From Acidobacteriota bacterium (GTDB lineage: Bacteria; Acidobacteriota; Terriglobia; Bryobacterales; Bryobacteraceae), in assembly GCA_016871135.1 (NCBI GenBank), contig VFZQ01000001.1:1-34612 (forward strand): a stretch of DNA of 34,612 nt, given 5' to 3'. This document shows positions 23,807-32,811 of this stretch, in pieces. How positions within the stretch are numbered: the stretch's first letter is position 1; every line of letters starts with the position of its first letter. The notes beneath the pieces were generated by a model. The model was not told the DNA's origin, did not search any database, and saw nothing but the letters and a program-made list of their open reading frames with translations. The translations under genes were made by a program, and so were the position numbers.

Positions 23807-24960
23807 AGCGCTTCCGTTATCTCTTTCTCGCCGCCGGCTTCGTGGGCGCCTTCGTCTATATGACGTCGATCGCCAAGTCGCGGTTCTTCCCGGCCGCCGT
23901 GTCGGGCGCGGTCGAATCCGGTCCCCTTTTCGAAGAGGCCAAAGTCGTTCGTGGCGCGGGCCTCAGCAACGACGAACTGAACAACATCGAGATCTACAAG
24001 AACGCCCGCGCGGCGACCGTCAACATCTCTTCGACCGTCTATCGCCGCGACTTCTTCTATCAGGTGATCCCTTCCAAGGAAACCGGTTCCGGCTTCGTCA
24101 TCGACGGCGAAAAGGGGCTCATCCTCACTAACAATCACGTCTTGGGCGGCAGTCAGAAAATCGTCGTGACCTTCGCCGATCAAGCGAAGTACGACGCCGA
24201 GGTGCTGACGAAAGATCCGGTCAACGATCTCGGCCTGATCCGAATCAACCCGCGCAAGAAGCTGCCTTCGTTGCGGCTCGGCGAATCCGAAGGACTGCAA
24301 GTGGGCCAGAAGGTTCTCGCCATCGGCAATCCGTTCGGCTTCGACGGCACGTTGACAACCGGCATCATCAGCTCTCTGAACCGCTCGATCCGCGATGAAA
24401 CCAATCGCGAGTTGGAGGGCATGGTTCAGACCGACGCGGCGATCAATCCCGGCAACTCCGGTGGGCCGCTTCTCGATTCGCAGGGCAACGTGATCGGCAT
24501 CAACACCGCGATTTACGGGCCTGGCGGCAACATCGGCCTAGGCTTCGCGATGCCGATCAACAAGGCCAAGGCCATGTTGATCGACTATCGCTCGGGCAAG
24601 TCTTACAAGCGGCCGTTCTTCGGCGTGCAGACAATACACGTCGCCGGTGAATGGGCCGAAGCGCTTCGCCTTCCGCCCGACGGCGGCCTTCTGGTCCAGG
24701 TCGTTCAGCGCGGTTCTGCCGCCGAGCGCGCCGGCATTCGCGGCCCGCGCGAAGTCGTCATCATCGGCAACTACGAAGTCGGCGTTGGCGGCGATTTGAT
24801 CATGGCGATCGACGGCAAGCCGTGCGAGCGCCGCGACGCGGTCACCGAAGCGCTGCAGAAGAAGCGCGCTGGCGACGTGATGGAGCTGACGCTATTCCGC
24901 AACGGCCGCACCACCAAGGTGTCGGTTACGCTTGGGGCGGCGCCGGAGCAAGCGCAGTAA
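23803..24960 (+). CDS. HtrA/DegP-family trypsin-like serine protease with one PDZ domain, membrane anchored
   Basis: The ATG overlaps the coaE stop (ATGA). N-terminal TM (YLFLAAGFVGAFVYM). Catalytic triad contexts TNNHVL, NDLGLIRI, GNSGGPLLD. C-terminal PDZ-like region (GGLLVQVVQRGSAAERAGIRG...GDLIMAIDG). Confidence 0.9.
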   Translation: MKRFRYLFLAAGFVGAFVYMTSIAKSRFFPAAVSGAVESGPLFEEAKVVRGAGLSNDELNNIEIYKNARAATVNISSTVYRRDFFYQVIPSKETGSGFVIDGEKGLILTNNHVLGGSQKIVVTFADQAKYDAEVLTKDPVNDLGLIRINPRKKLPSLRLGESEGLQVGQKVLAIGNPFGFDGTLTTGIISSLNRSIRDETNRELEGMVQTDAAINPGNSGGPLLDSQGNVIGINTAIYGPGGNIGLGFAMPINKAKAMLIDYRSGKSYKRPFFGVQTIHVAGEWAEALRLPPDGGLLVQVVQRGSAAERAGIRGPREVVIIGNYEVGVGGDLIMAIDGKPCERRDAVTEALQKKRAGDVMELTLFRNGRTTKVSVTLGAAPEQAQ

Positions 24961-25456
24961 CAAACTTTGACGTCGTGATCGCCTGGCCGGTGTGGCGCTG
25001 CGCGTGTTCGGCGATGTGCGCGAGCAGCACGCCGAGAACCGTCTCCAGCCGCGCCCGGCCGATAAATCGTGGCGCGTCGAGATCTTCGACCGCGGAGGCG
25101 AACGCAGCGACGGCTTCGTAGGAAGCGCGCACGCCCTGCAACAGATCGGCGACCGGCGCGCCGGGCTCGCCTTCGGCTTTCATGAAGGCGATCTGCTCGG
25201 GCGTAATCGACTCCCCGCGCGCGTAAGTCAACAAGCGTTCGGTGCTGCCGGCCAGATGGCGCAAGTGAAACCCGACGCTCGTAACGCCGCCGGGCTTGGC
25301 CCAGATCTGCTCATCGGAGAGCGGCGCGATCCACTTATCGAGGTCGGAGAGCGAAAGTTCCAGCGAACAGCAGACCATGCGCGGCACGGGCGCGAGATTG
25401 GTGAAGCGGCCGGCGAGCCAAGGTTCGGGGCCGGCTGTCAAAGGTTGCAGCATCAT
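24926..25456 (-). CDS. DinB-family (DinB_2-like) four-helix-bundle protein
   Basis: Only the last 176 codons of the 451-aa ORF-track frame look like protein: SVGFHLRHLAGSTERLL and LLAHIAEHAQRHTGQAI are DinB-type His motifs. The start is at the tandem ATG ATG (25456/25453). The upstream part of that frame overlaps the peptidase gene out of frame. Confidence 0.75.
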   Translation of the reverse strand: MMLQPLTAGPEPWLAGRFTNLAPVPRMVCCSLELSLSDLDKWIAPLSDEQIWAKPGGVTSVGFHLRHLAGSTERLLTYARGESITPEQIAFMKAEGEPGAPVADLLQGVRASYEAVAAFASAVEDLDAPRFIGRARLETVLGVLLAHIAEHAQRHTGQAITTSKFVTALAPAPPQA

Positions 25457-25462
25457 CTCTTT

Positions 25463-25483
25463 ATTATCGGCGTATAGGTCAAT
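25463..25483 (-). promoter_or_regulatory. ATTGACCTAT-N5-GATAAT element 6 nt upstream of the DinB gene ATG
   Basis: The minus strand reads CATTGACCTATACGCCGATAATAAAGAGATG. These are the same 10-mer and hexamer as at 2325-2346. Confidence 0.3.
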
Positions 25484-25505
25484 GAGGCCAGGACGAAGCG
25501 GCCGG

Positions 25506-27074
25506 TCACTGAAACGCGATCGCGGCCAGAGCCAAGCTCGATTTGATGTACTCCACCCGCACCGGGGCCTTCTGCGCTCCGCATTGGAACTCGTGTTGAA
25601 TGCCCGTGCCTCCTGTAACCCGTACCTCCGAAGGCCTCGCGAGGCGCAGCTTAAGTGTCTCCCCGTTGCTGACGATCGACAGTACCGGCGGCGCCGCGGA
25701 GCAGTCGAAATCAACGAGCATACCTTCGGCGGTTGTATCACCGCGGAGGCCTTGCCACGATTCCGGAACGGTGACGGCCGGCTTCGGCGGAGAACCCGTT
25801 GCGTCCCGGACCGTGAGCAACCGCGCAATGCCGGCAGCCATATCCCGATCCGCCTGATGCCGCGCGGAGAGTCTGCACTGCAGGGCCGCCTTCGCCGCTT
25901 CGGGCAACCGCCCCGCGCGTTCCAACTCCAGCGCCAACGCGTGCCACATCGATGCATTGCGCGGACGAATGCGCACGGCCTCCCGCAGCAGGTCGATCTT
26001 TCGAGCGCCATCGGCGACCCGTAACGCCAGCGCGAACCGTGCTTCGGCATGGAGCGGACTCCGCTTGACGGCTTCTTCGAGCAACGCCAAATCGTTAGTG
26101 AGCATGGCGCGCTCGAAGTAGACGGCGCCATCGGCGTCGCCGCGCGCAATCGCACTGTCGAATAGCCGGATCGCATCGTCCTTCTTCCCATCCGCGAGCG
26201 CCAAATAGCCGCGCTGCGCCGGAGTCTTCGCGAGTTTCGCCGCCACCGCGGGCTTGCCGGAGGCGAGCGCGAGCGAAACAAGCATCTCTTCCGTATCGGC
26301 CAGCGTCACGGCCGGCGGCGCTTCCACCGGCGCGCGCAATGGACCGACAAAGACGGTATCGCGGCGGGCCGCCACCGCCGAGCGAAGCAGCGCGGCAGAG
26401 TCGTAGCCAAACACCTCGCGGCAGGCCGCGCCGGCGCTCCACCCGTCTGCAAGGAGCGAGAAGAAGCGCGGCGACTTGTCCCGCACGCCGGGGTTCGTCA
26501 GCAGATAATGCACAACCGCCCAACTCTGCGCGTAGAACTTGCCGGTGTGCGCTTTCGATTCATCGGTTTCGTCGAACAGCGATAACTCGGCGCCTCGAAC
26601 GGCGGCGTCGTGCGAAGGGATCGGCGAGCCGATGATCCAACCGTTGCGTTCGGCGCGCGCCGTTGAGTAAAACTCGGCTAGCCCCTCCTCAAGCCACAAC
26701 GGCCGGCGCGGTCCCGAGTGCTCCAGAAACGCGTGGACCAGTTCGTGAGAAGTGATCCGTTCACTGTCGGTGCCTCCCCACCCCACGACAACCCAGTCCT
26801 CTCCCGGCGACCATTGATAGAATCCCGCGGCGCCGATCGACGGCCGGAGCGACCGGTACAAACCGCCGTTTGTCGTCAGAACCACCCGCAGCGGCAACAC
26901 CTTTTTCACGCCGCCAAGCAACTCCCGCAGCGCTTCCAGCCGGACCGCCATCGAACGCGCGGTTGCCGCGCCGGCGTCCGTTGCAATTTCGTAACCATCG
27001 CCCCGCAAGGCTACCCATTCCGCGCCCGCGCAACAGAATCCCATGAGGGCAATAACTATTTTCGATTGGACCAT
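25506..27074 (-). CDS. secreted MA-clan (gluzincin, DUF1570-like) zinc metallopeptidase with TPR-like and unknown C-terminal domains
   Basis: HELVHAFLEH is followed by EGLAEF with the Glu 20 residues after the second His (HExxH + E gluzincin spacing). Signal-like N-terminus MVQSKIVIALMGFCCAGAE from ATG 27074. The ORF-track start at 27134 is a TTG that would overlap the divergent GAF-ANTAR gene. Confidence 0.75.
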   Translation of the reverse strand: MVQSKIVIALMGFCCAGAEWVALRGDGYEIATDAGAATARSMAVRLEALRELLGGVKKVLPLRVVLTTNGGLYRSLRPSIGAAGFYQWSPGEDWVVVGWGGTDSERITSHELVHAFLEHSGPRRPLWLEEGLAEFYSTARAERNGWIIGSPIPSHDAAVRGAELSLFDETDESKAHTGKFYAQSWAVVHYLLTNPGVRDKSPRFFSLLADGWSAGAACREVFGYDSAALLRSAVAARRDTVFVGPLRAPVEAPPAVTLADTEEMLVSLALASGKPAVAAKLAKTPAQRGYLALADGKKDDAIRLFDSAIARGDADGAVYFERAMLTNDLALLEEAVKRSPLHAEARFALALRVADGARKIDLLREAVRIRPRNASMWHALALELERAGRLPEAAKAALQCRLSARHQADRDMAAGIARLLTVRDATGSPPKPAVTVPESWQGLRGDTTAEGMLVDFDCSAAPPVLSIVSNGETLKLRLARPSEVRVTGGTGIQHEFQCGAQKAPVRVEYIKSSLALAAIAFQ

Positions 27075-27113
27075 TCCGGCAATGCGCCTTACGCTGGATT
27101 TGTGGCGACTATC

Positions 27114-27848
27114 ATGGAGATCCCTACTCCACAATTATCACTCCTGCACAGAGTGAGCAGCATCGTTGCCAGCGAACGCTCGCTGGACGAAATGCTTGGC
27201 GAAATCATCGGTTTGGCTGTGCAGATCACAGGCTGTGATGCCTGTCTTGTTTACCTGTTCGACAAGGAGACCAACGAAATCGTTCTTTGCGCCTCGCAAG
27301 TGCCGCACACATCCGAGATCGGCAACCTTCGCATGAAAGTCGGTGAAGGTATCACCGGCTGGGTGGCGGAACACAAAGCGGTTGTGTCGCTGGGCGAAAA
27401 CGCCTTCCAAGACAAGCGTTTCAAGAAGTTCGGGGCGCTGGTGGAAGACACCTACCAGGCATACCTTTCTGTGCCGCTGGTCGCTGGCGGAGATCTGATC
27501 GGCGTCATCAACTCGCATCACCGCGACAAGCACGAGCACTCCAGCGAGGAGGTTTCGATGCTGACGTTCATCGGCGAGCAGATGGGCGGTGCGCTGTCCA
27601 AGGCGCGATTGGCCGACGAAAACGCGCGGTTGAAAGAAGAAACCGTCGAAATGCGCCGCAAGCTAGAAGAACGCAAAGTTGTCGAGCGCGCCAAAGGCAT
27701 CTTGCAACGCCGTCACGGACTGACCGAAGAAGACGCCTACTTGCAGCTTCGCAATGAAAGCCGCCGGCTGCGCAAGCCAATGAAGGATCTGGCCGACGCG
27801 ATCATCTTTACCGAGGATCTGAACAAGCGCAATATCGCCGCCGAGTAA
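27114..27848 (+). CDS. GAF domain + ANTAR RNA-binding antiterminator-type regulator
   Basis: GAF-like N-terminus (LDEMLGEIIGLAVQITGCDACLVYLFD...GEGITGWVAEH...SVPLVAGGDLIGVIN). The C-terminal ANTAR block is a coiled coil followed by VVERAKGILQRRHGLTEEDAYLQLRNESRRLRKPMKDLADAII. Start ATG 27114. Confidence 0.85.
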   Translation: MEIPTPQLSLLHRVSSIVASERSLDEMLGEIIGLAVQITGCDACLVYLFDKETNEIVLCASQVPHTSEIGNLRMKVGEGITGWVAEHKAVVSLGENAFQDKRFKKFGALVEDTYQAYLSVPLVAGGDLIGVINSHHRDKHEHSSEEVSMLTFIGEQMGGALSKARLADENARLKEETVEMRRKLEERKVVERAKGILQRRHGLTEEDAYLQLRNESRRLRKPMKDLADAIIFTEDLNKRNIAAE

Positions 27849-27858
27849 ACTGGAGAGG

Positions 27859-28812
27859 TTGCGTCCTTTCGTCCCTCTCATCGCCAATCCGCATTTGGCG
27901 ACCATCGCGTCGAACTTCTGGCCGCGGTTCAAGCAGTTGGCCGATGTGCCGGCGATTGAGCACCGCGTTCAGACCTCTCCGAACGTCGCGATCCGCGTCG
28001 TCGAGCAGCGGCCCGCGGCGAAGGCCAAGGCGGAACTGGTTTTGGTTCACGGACTCGAGGGGTCGAGCAATGGCGGCTACATGCAAAGCATGGCGTGGAA
28101 CGCGCTATCGGCGGGCTACGCCGTGCATCGCACCAACATCCGCGGCTGCGGCGGCACTGAAGGCTGGTGCGACACGCTCTATCATGCCGGCCTGACATCG
28201 GATTTGCGCGCCTACATCGATCAGATCAATACTGGCTTGCCGATTGTCCTAATCGGCTATTCGCTCGGCGGGAATCAGGCGCTGAAGTTGACGGGCGAAG
28301 GGCACCCGCGGCTGGCGGCGACCGTGGCCGTCTCCACGCCGATCGACTTGGCGGCTTGTGTGCGCGCGCTCGGCCGGCGGGCGAATTTTATCTACGAGAA
28401 CCGCTTCATTCGCCGGATGCAGGAGCGTTTGAAGGAGCGCCGCCGCCAACAGCCCGCCGCGTTCGATTCTATTTTCGAGCGCACCGATGTCGATGCCGTC
28501 AAGACGATCTATGAATTCGACGACCGCATCACCGCGCCGCACTTCGGCTTCGGCGGCGCCGATAACTACTACGCGACGCAGTCGTCGCAAAACTTCCTCG
28601 CGGCCATTCCGACGCCGACGCTCTTGATCACCGCGCAGGACGATCCACTGGTGCCGTTTGACGTTTACCGGAACAAAGCGATCGCCGAGAACCGGAACAT
28701 CGAACTCATCGCCCCGGCGCACGGCGGACATGTGGCGTTTCTGGCCAAGCAAACGCCGCGCTTCTGGGCCGACGAAACGATCCTGGACTGGCTGGCGCCA
28801 TTGACGGCGTAA
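27859..28812 (+). CDS. alpha/beta-fold hydrolase (YheT / COG0429-like)
   Basis: N.HLATI...F.PR N-terminus, HGLEGSSN, nucleophile elbow GYSLGGN, QDDPLVP and HGGHVAF. The only available start is TTG 27859, directly after GGAGAGG, so the exact start is uncertain. Confidence 0.8.
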   Translation: MRPFVPLIANPHLATIASNFWPRFKQLADVPAIEHRVQTSPNVAIRVVEQRPAAKAKAELVLVHGLEGSSNGGYMQSMAWNALSAGYAVHRTNIRGCGGTEGWCDTLYHAGLTSDLRAYIDQINTGLPIVLIGYSLGGNQALKLTGEGHPRLAATVAVSTPIDLAACVRALGRRANFIYENRFIRRMQERLKERRRQQPAAFDSIFERTDVDAVKTIYEFDDRITAPHFGFGGADNYYATQSSQNFLAAIPTPTLLITAQDDPLVPFDVYRNKAIAENRNIELIAPAHGGHVAFLAKQTPRFWADETILDWLAPLTA

Positions 28813-28918
28813 CCGGTCTCCGGTCACAGCTAAACGAATAGCGTTCCGGAAGCAGATGAGATATGCTGGCTGAGGTCTCGGAATCCAGTCCGGACATAAG
28901 GCCAGGAGAACATCCGTT

Positions 28919-31900
28919 ATGTTGCAACGCTTCGTGCTCGCGCTACTCGCAGCCAGTTCGCTACTCGCCCAATCGACCGGCACAGCCACGGTCGTGGGAA
29001 CCGTCACCGATTCAACCGGCGCCGTCGTGCCCGGCGTGAAAGTCGTCGTGAAAAACATCGGCACGCAGTTCGCCTACGAAGGCCAGACCGCGGCCAACGG
29101 CAGCTACTACATTCCGAATCTGCCTTCGGGCAACTACGAAGTGTCGGCGGAGGCGCAAGGCTTTAAGCGCTTCCTGCAGAGCGGCCTTGTGCTGCGCATC
29201 AATGAATCGCCGCGTATCGACGTCACGCTGCAAGTCGGCAACGTGACCGAGTCGGTGATGGTGAACGCGACGCCGCCCATGCTCGAAACCGAAACGGCGG
29301 GATCGGGCCAGGTGTTGGACGGCGAAGTTGTGCAGAAGCTGCCGGTGATGCAGAAGTTCGTGCATCGCGTGTTGCTCTACATGCCGGGTATGACGAACAT
29401 CAACGGCCAGCACGCGGTCGGCCAGCGCCAGCGGGCGATCGGCTACTCAATGGACGGCGTCAGCGGCAAAGAACCGGCTGTCGGCCAAGTCGGCTCTTTT
29501 ACTCAGACGATGATCGCATCGCTCGACGCGATCCAGGAGTTCAAGATGTGGACGACGGGAACGCCGGCCGAGTTCGGCCATTCGGCGGGCGGCCAACTGA
29601 GCGTCGTGTTCAAGAGCGGAACGAATCAATTTCACGGCAACGTGGAAGATCGCTATACCAACGGCAAACTGATCCACCGGGCATTTCTCGAACAACTGCC
29701 GCGCACGGGGGACTTTGACTATCACGAGTGGGGCGCGACGGCGTCGGGCAAGATCATCAAAGACAAGACGTTCTTTTTCGGCGGTTTCCAGCAACACTAT
29801 GAGAAGCTGAGCGAAACGGTAGTAGTTACAGTACCGAGCCCGGAGATGCTCGCGGGCAACTTCAGTTTCGGCGGGCGCGGCCTGCCGATCTACAACCCGA
29901 TGACGACGCGTCAGAGCGGGACCAATTGGACGCGCGATCCCTTCCCGGGTAACATCGTGCCCGCGTCGATGGTCAATCCCGTCGCGCGCAAGGTCATGGA
30001 TCTGAAACCGTGGCGCGCGCAATCGGATCCGGGTACCATTCAGCCTACCGGGCCGGTGAACAACCTGACCTACAACGCCGGAGGCGGCTACAACTTCATC
30101 CGTTACGACGCGAAGCTCGATCATCAGTTCAGTACGGCCCATCGTATCTTCGGGCGCTATTCACACGTGCGGCATCGAAGCGAAGACCGTCCGGTGCGGA
30201 CGTTGACCGAAGTGCAATACGGCAACGTGTTCGTGCGGCCGTTGGATATGCGAAACGTCGCCATCTCCGACACATACACCTTTGGACCCACGATGATTAA
30301 CGAAATGCGGCTGGGCTTCAATCGCCGGTTGAATATCGGCGAGCCGGAGAGCTTTGGCAAGAACTGGGCGCAGCAGTTGGGCATACCCGGCGTATCGCCG
30401 GAGACTTTCCCGGATTTCCAGAATCCCGGCGGCGCGCGGTTCTTCGGACTCGGGCCCGGCGGGCGCTCGGTCGATGTGGCCGAAGACTTCACGTTCCAGA
30501 ACAACTTCACCAAGGTCAAGGGCGCGCACACGATGAAATTTGGCTATGAGGTGATGCGTACCCGGTACAATTCGCTCTCGGGCGCGCTGCCTTCGGGTCA
30601 GTACCGCATGGCGGGCACCGAGTTGCCGTTCACGCCGAACACGGGCAACCCGTTCGCGAGCTTCCTGCTCGGCACCGTCGGCCAAGGCGTCTTTCAACAA
30701 AACAACGCAACGTGGCTGCCGCGCTGGTGGTCGCAATCGTTCTATGGACAGACCACATGGCGTCCGCGACGCAACCTGACGCTGGAGTTGGGCGTGCGGT
30801 GGAGTTATGAATCGCCGTTCTCGACCAAGTTCGGGCAGCAGTCGCAGTTCGATCCGAACGCGACGGATCCGCTGACCGGGATGCGCGGCGCGATCGTGCA
30901 TGGCAAGGGCCTGCTGGCGAAGCGCGATCTGAACAACTTCCAGCCCCGGCTGGGCATGGCGTGGAACCTGCACCCACGTGTCGTGATGCGGTCGAGCTTT
31001 GGTATGTACTCCGTCGATCTGATGACGAACGGCCTCGGCCAGAATTTCGAAGAGTATGTCGCCACCGCGAATGTGCAGCCGCCGCCCGGCGACCCACGCC
31101 ATGCGTTCCTGCTGTCACAGGGTCCGGGACCGATCCGTTTCCCGAGCTCGGCCGATGGCAGCGTGCCCTTCCAAGGAACGAACTTCGGCGGACGCAACGC
31201 GTCGTATTTCGATCCCAACATGCGGCTGCCCTACGTGCTCATGTTCTCGACCGGGTTCCAGGTACAACTGACCAGGAACTGGCTGGCGGAGACCGTGTAC
31301 CAAGGATCGTCCGGCGTGGGCCTTTTGAATAACTGGGACATGAACGTGGTTCCGTTAAACGTTTCGACCGACCAGGCGCAACTCGTGCAGATCTTCAACG
31401 CGACGCAGAACTTCAAGCCGTACCGGCAGTTCGGCTCGATCCAGCACTATGCGAACTACGGTCACAATTCACACCACTCCGGGACGTTCCGGATTGAGCG
31501 GCGCTTCGACGCCGGCATGACTTTGAACACCTTCTACCAACTCGGTAAAACTTTGAACGACGGCGATGACGACGGCGGCCGCAGCGGCATCACGTTCTAC
31601 AACCGGCAGTTGGAGAAGGCGCGAGCGAGCTATGATATTCGCCACCGTCTGGTGAGCGTGATGACCTACGAGCTGCCGCTGGGCAAAGGGCGCAAGTTCA
31701 TGAACGGCGGCGGCGTGAAGAATTACTTGCTCGGCGGATGGGACTTTGCCTGGACGCAGACGTTCCAGAGCGGTCCGCCCGTGACCATCACCGCGGCGGG
31801 AAGCCCGAATCGATACCTGCCCGGTATGGTTCGGCCGGACGCACTGCTGCCGGCCGAGCAAATAAAGGTGACCAGCGACTACAACGTTGGCAACCGCTTC

Positions 31901-32242
31901 CCGTTGGCGGCGCAAAACCCCTACTTCAACACGGCGGCGTTCGGCTATCCGGCGCCATTCCGGGCCGGTACGCTCGGCCGCAACGTGGTGGAATCGCCCG
32001 GATTGCGCTGGACGCAGTTGTCTCTGTCGAAGGACTTCAAGATCACCGAACGCGTGACCTTTAGCCTTCGCTGGGACGTCAACAATCCGACGAAAGAACC
32101 GCAGTTGGCCGACCCCGGCGCGGTGTACAACACTCAGAATCTGGCGCAATTCGGCCGGTTCGCGGGCATTGGGCGCGGCAGCTTCTCCGATGTCGGAACG
32201 TCGCGCATGCATCACATCATGGTCGGCCGCGTGCAGTGGTAG
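28919..32242 (+). CDS. TonB-dependent-receptor-like outer-membrane barrel with N-terminal carboxypeptidase-regulatory-like domain (second copy)
   Basis: Signal peptide (LALLAASSLLAQS). GTVTDSTGAVVPGVKVVVKN...GSYYIPNLPSGNYEVSAEAQGFKR. Long beta-rich body with aromatic C-terminus GRVQW. AGGAGA Shine-Dalgarno sequence upstream of the ATG. Confidence 0.85.
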   Translation: MLQRFVLALLAASSLLAQSTGTATVVGTVTDSTGAVVPGVKVVVKNIGTQFAYEGQTAANGSYYIPNLPSGNYEVSAEAQGFKRFLQSGLVLRINESPRIDVTLQVGNVTESVMVNATPPMLETETAGSGQVLDGEVVQKLPVMQKFVHRVLLYMPGMTNINGQHAVGQRQRAIGYSMDGVSGKEPAVGQVGSFTQTMIASLDAIQEFKMWTTGTPAEFGHSAGGQLSVVFKSGTNQFHGNVEDRYTNGKLIHRAFLEQLPRTGDFDYHEWGATASGKIIKDKTFFFGGFQQHYEKLSETVVVTVPSPEMLAGNFSFGGRGLPIYNPMTTRQSGTNWTRDPFPGNIVPASMVNPVARKVMDLKPWRAQSDPGTIQPTGPVNNLTYNAGGGYNFIRYDAKLDHQFSTAHRIFGRYSHVRHRSEDRPVRTLTEVQYGNVFVRPLDMRNVAISDTYTFGPTMINEMRLGFNRRLNIGEPESFGKNWAQQLGIPGVSPETFPDFQNPGGARFFGLGPGGRSVDVAEDFTFQNNFTKVKGAHTMKFGYEVMRTRYNSLSGALPSGQYRMAGTELPFTPNTGNPFASFLLGTVGQGVFQQNNATWLPRWWSQSFYGQTTWRPRRNLTLELGVRWSYESPFSTKFGQQSQFDPNATDPLTGMRGAIVHGKGLLAKRDLNNFQPRLGMAWNLHPRVVMRSSFGMYSVDLMTNGLGQNFEEYVATANVQPPPGDPRHAFLLSQGPGPIRFPSSADGSVPFQGTNFGGRNASYFDPNMRLPYVLMFSTGFQVQLTRNWLAETVYQGSSGVGLLNNWDMNVVPLNVSTDQAQLVQIFNATQNFKPYRQFGSIQHYANYGHNSHHSGTFRIERRFDAGMTLNTFYQLGKTLNDGDDDGGRSGITFYNRQLEKARASYDIRHRLVSVMTYELPLGKGRKFMNGGGVKNYLLGGWDFAWTQTFQSGPPVTITAAGSPNRYLPGMVRPDALLPAEQIKVTSDYNVGNRFPLAAQNPYFNTAAFGYPAPFRAGTLGRNVVESPGLRWTQLSLSKDFKITERVTFSLRWDVNNPTKEPQLADPGAVYNTQNLAQFGRFAGIGRGSFSDVGTSRMHHIMVGRVQW

Positions 32243-32281
32243 CCCGTTCAACACCGCTCGCGCAGAAGAGCTAAACACAAA

Positions 32282-32322
32282 GGAGCCGGTGCGTCCGGCA
32301 CAAACCAGACGCACCCGGCTCC
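32282..32322. terminator. GC-rich hairpin between convergent genes; likely intrinsic terminator of the lepB-manC-ppiB operon
   Basis: GGAGCCGGTGCGTC (32282-32295) pairs with GACGCACCCGGCTCC (32308-32322), giving a ~14-bp stem with a one-base bulge. On the minus strand the hairpin begins 9 nt after the ppiB stop and is followed by TTTGTGTTT. Confidence 0.5.
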
Positions 32323-32331
32323 TCGGAATAA

Positions 32332-32811
32332 TCAAGCTTCGGTAATCGTCACCGAAGTCATCGAATCGCCCTGTTGGATCGCATCGACAACTTCGAGCCC
32401 GCTCACCACTTTGCCGAACACCGTGTGCTTGCCGTCCAGCCATCCGCACGGAACGTGGGTGATGAAGAACTGGCTGCCGTTGGTTCCCGGCCCCGCGTTC
32501 GCCATCGAGATCACGCCGCGCTCATGCTTGTTCGGATTGCCCGCGAACTCGTCCTCGAAACGATAGCCCGGACCGCCGCGGCCCGTACCCGTCGGATCGC
32601 CGCCTTGAACCATGAAGTCCGGAATCACGCGATGAAAGATAATGCCGTCATAGTATTTATCGCGGGCGAGAAACACGAAATTGTTGACCGTGCGCGGCGC
32701 CGACTTCGCATCCAACTGCAACACGATCGTCCCCTTGGTCGTCTCGATCGTCGCCGTATAACTCTTCGTCGCGTCGATCCCCATCTCTGGATAGCTTGCG
32801 TATTGCTTCAT
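32332..32811 (-). CDS. ppiB: cyclophilin-type peptidyl-prolyl cis-trans isomerase
   Basis: [43 protein letters not shown] and [11 protein letters not shown] are textbook cyclophilin motifs. 159 aa with no signal peptide. Confidence 0.95.
   Translation of the reverse strand: MKQYASYPEMGIDATKSYTATIETTKGTIVLQLDAKSAPRTVNNFVFLARDKYYDGIIFHRVIPDFMVQGGDPTGTGRGGPGYRFEDEFAGNPNKHERGVISMANAGPGTNGSQFFITHVPCGWLDGKHTVFGKVVSGLEVVDAIQQGDSMTSVTITEA

Noticed and set aside
25457-26281. The upstream ~275 codons of the 451-aa minus-strand ORF 24926..26281.
   Set aside because: This part overlaps the HExxH peptidase gene in another frame and is Arg/Ser-rich nonsense. Only the last 176 codons, from the tandem ATGs at 25456/25453, carry DinB motifs.
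28844-28851. The TTCCGGAA palindrome and the ACCGG-TCT-CCGGT mini-hairpin (28811-28823) in the 106-nt leader of the second barrel gene, considered as an operator, terminator or ANTAR target.
   Set aside because: The stems are too short, there is no U-tract and no paired hexaloop hairpins. This is compatible with chance in GC-rich DNA.
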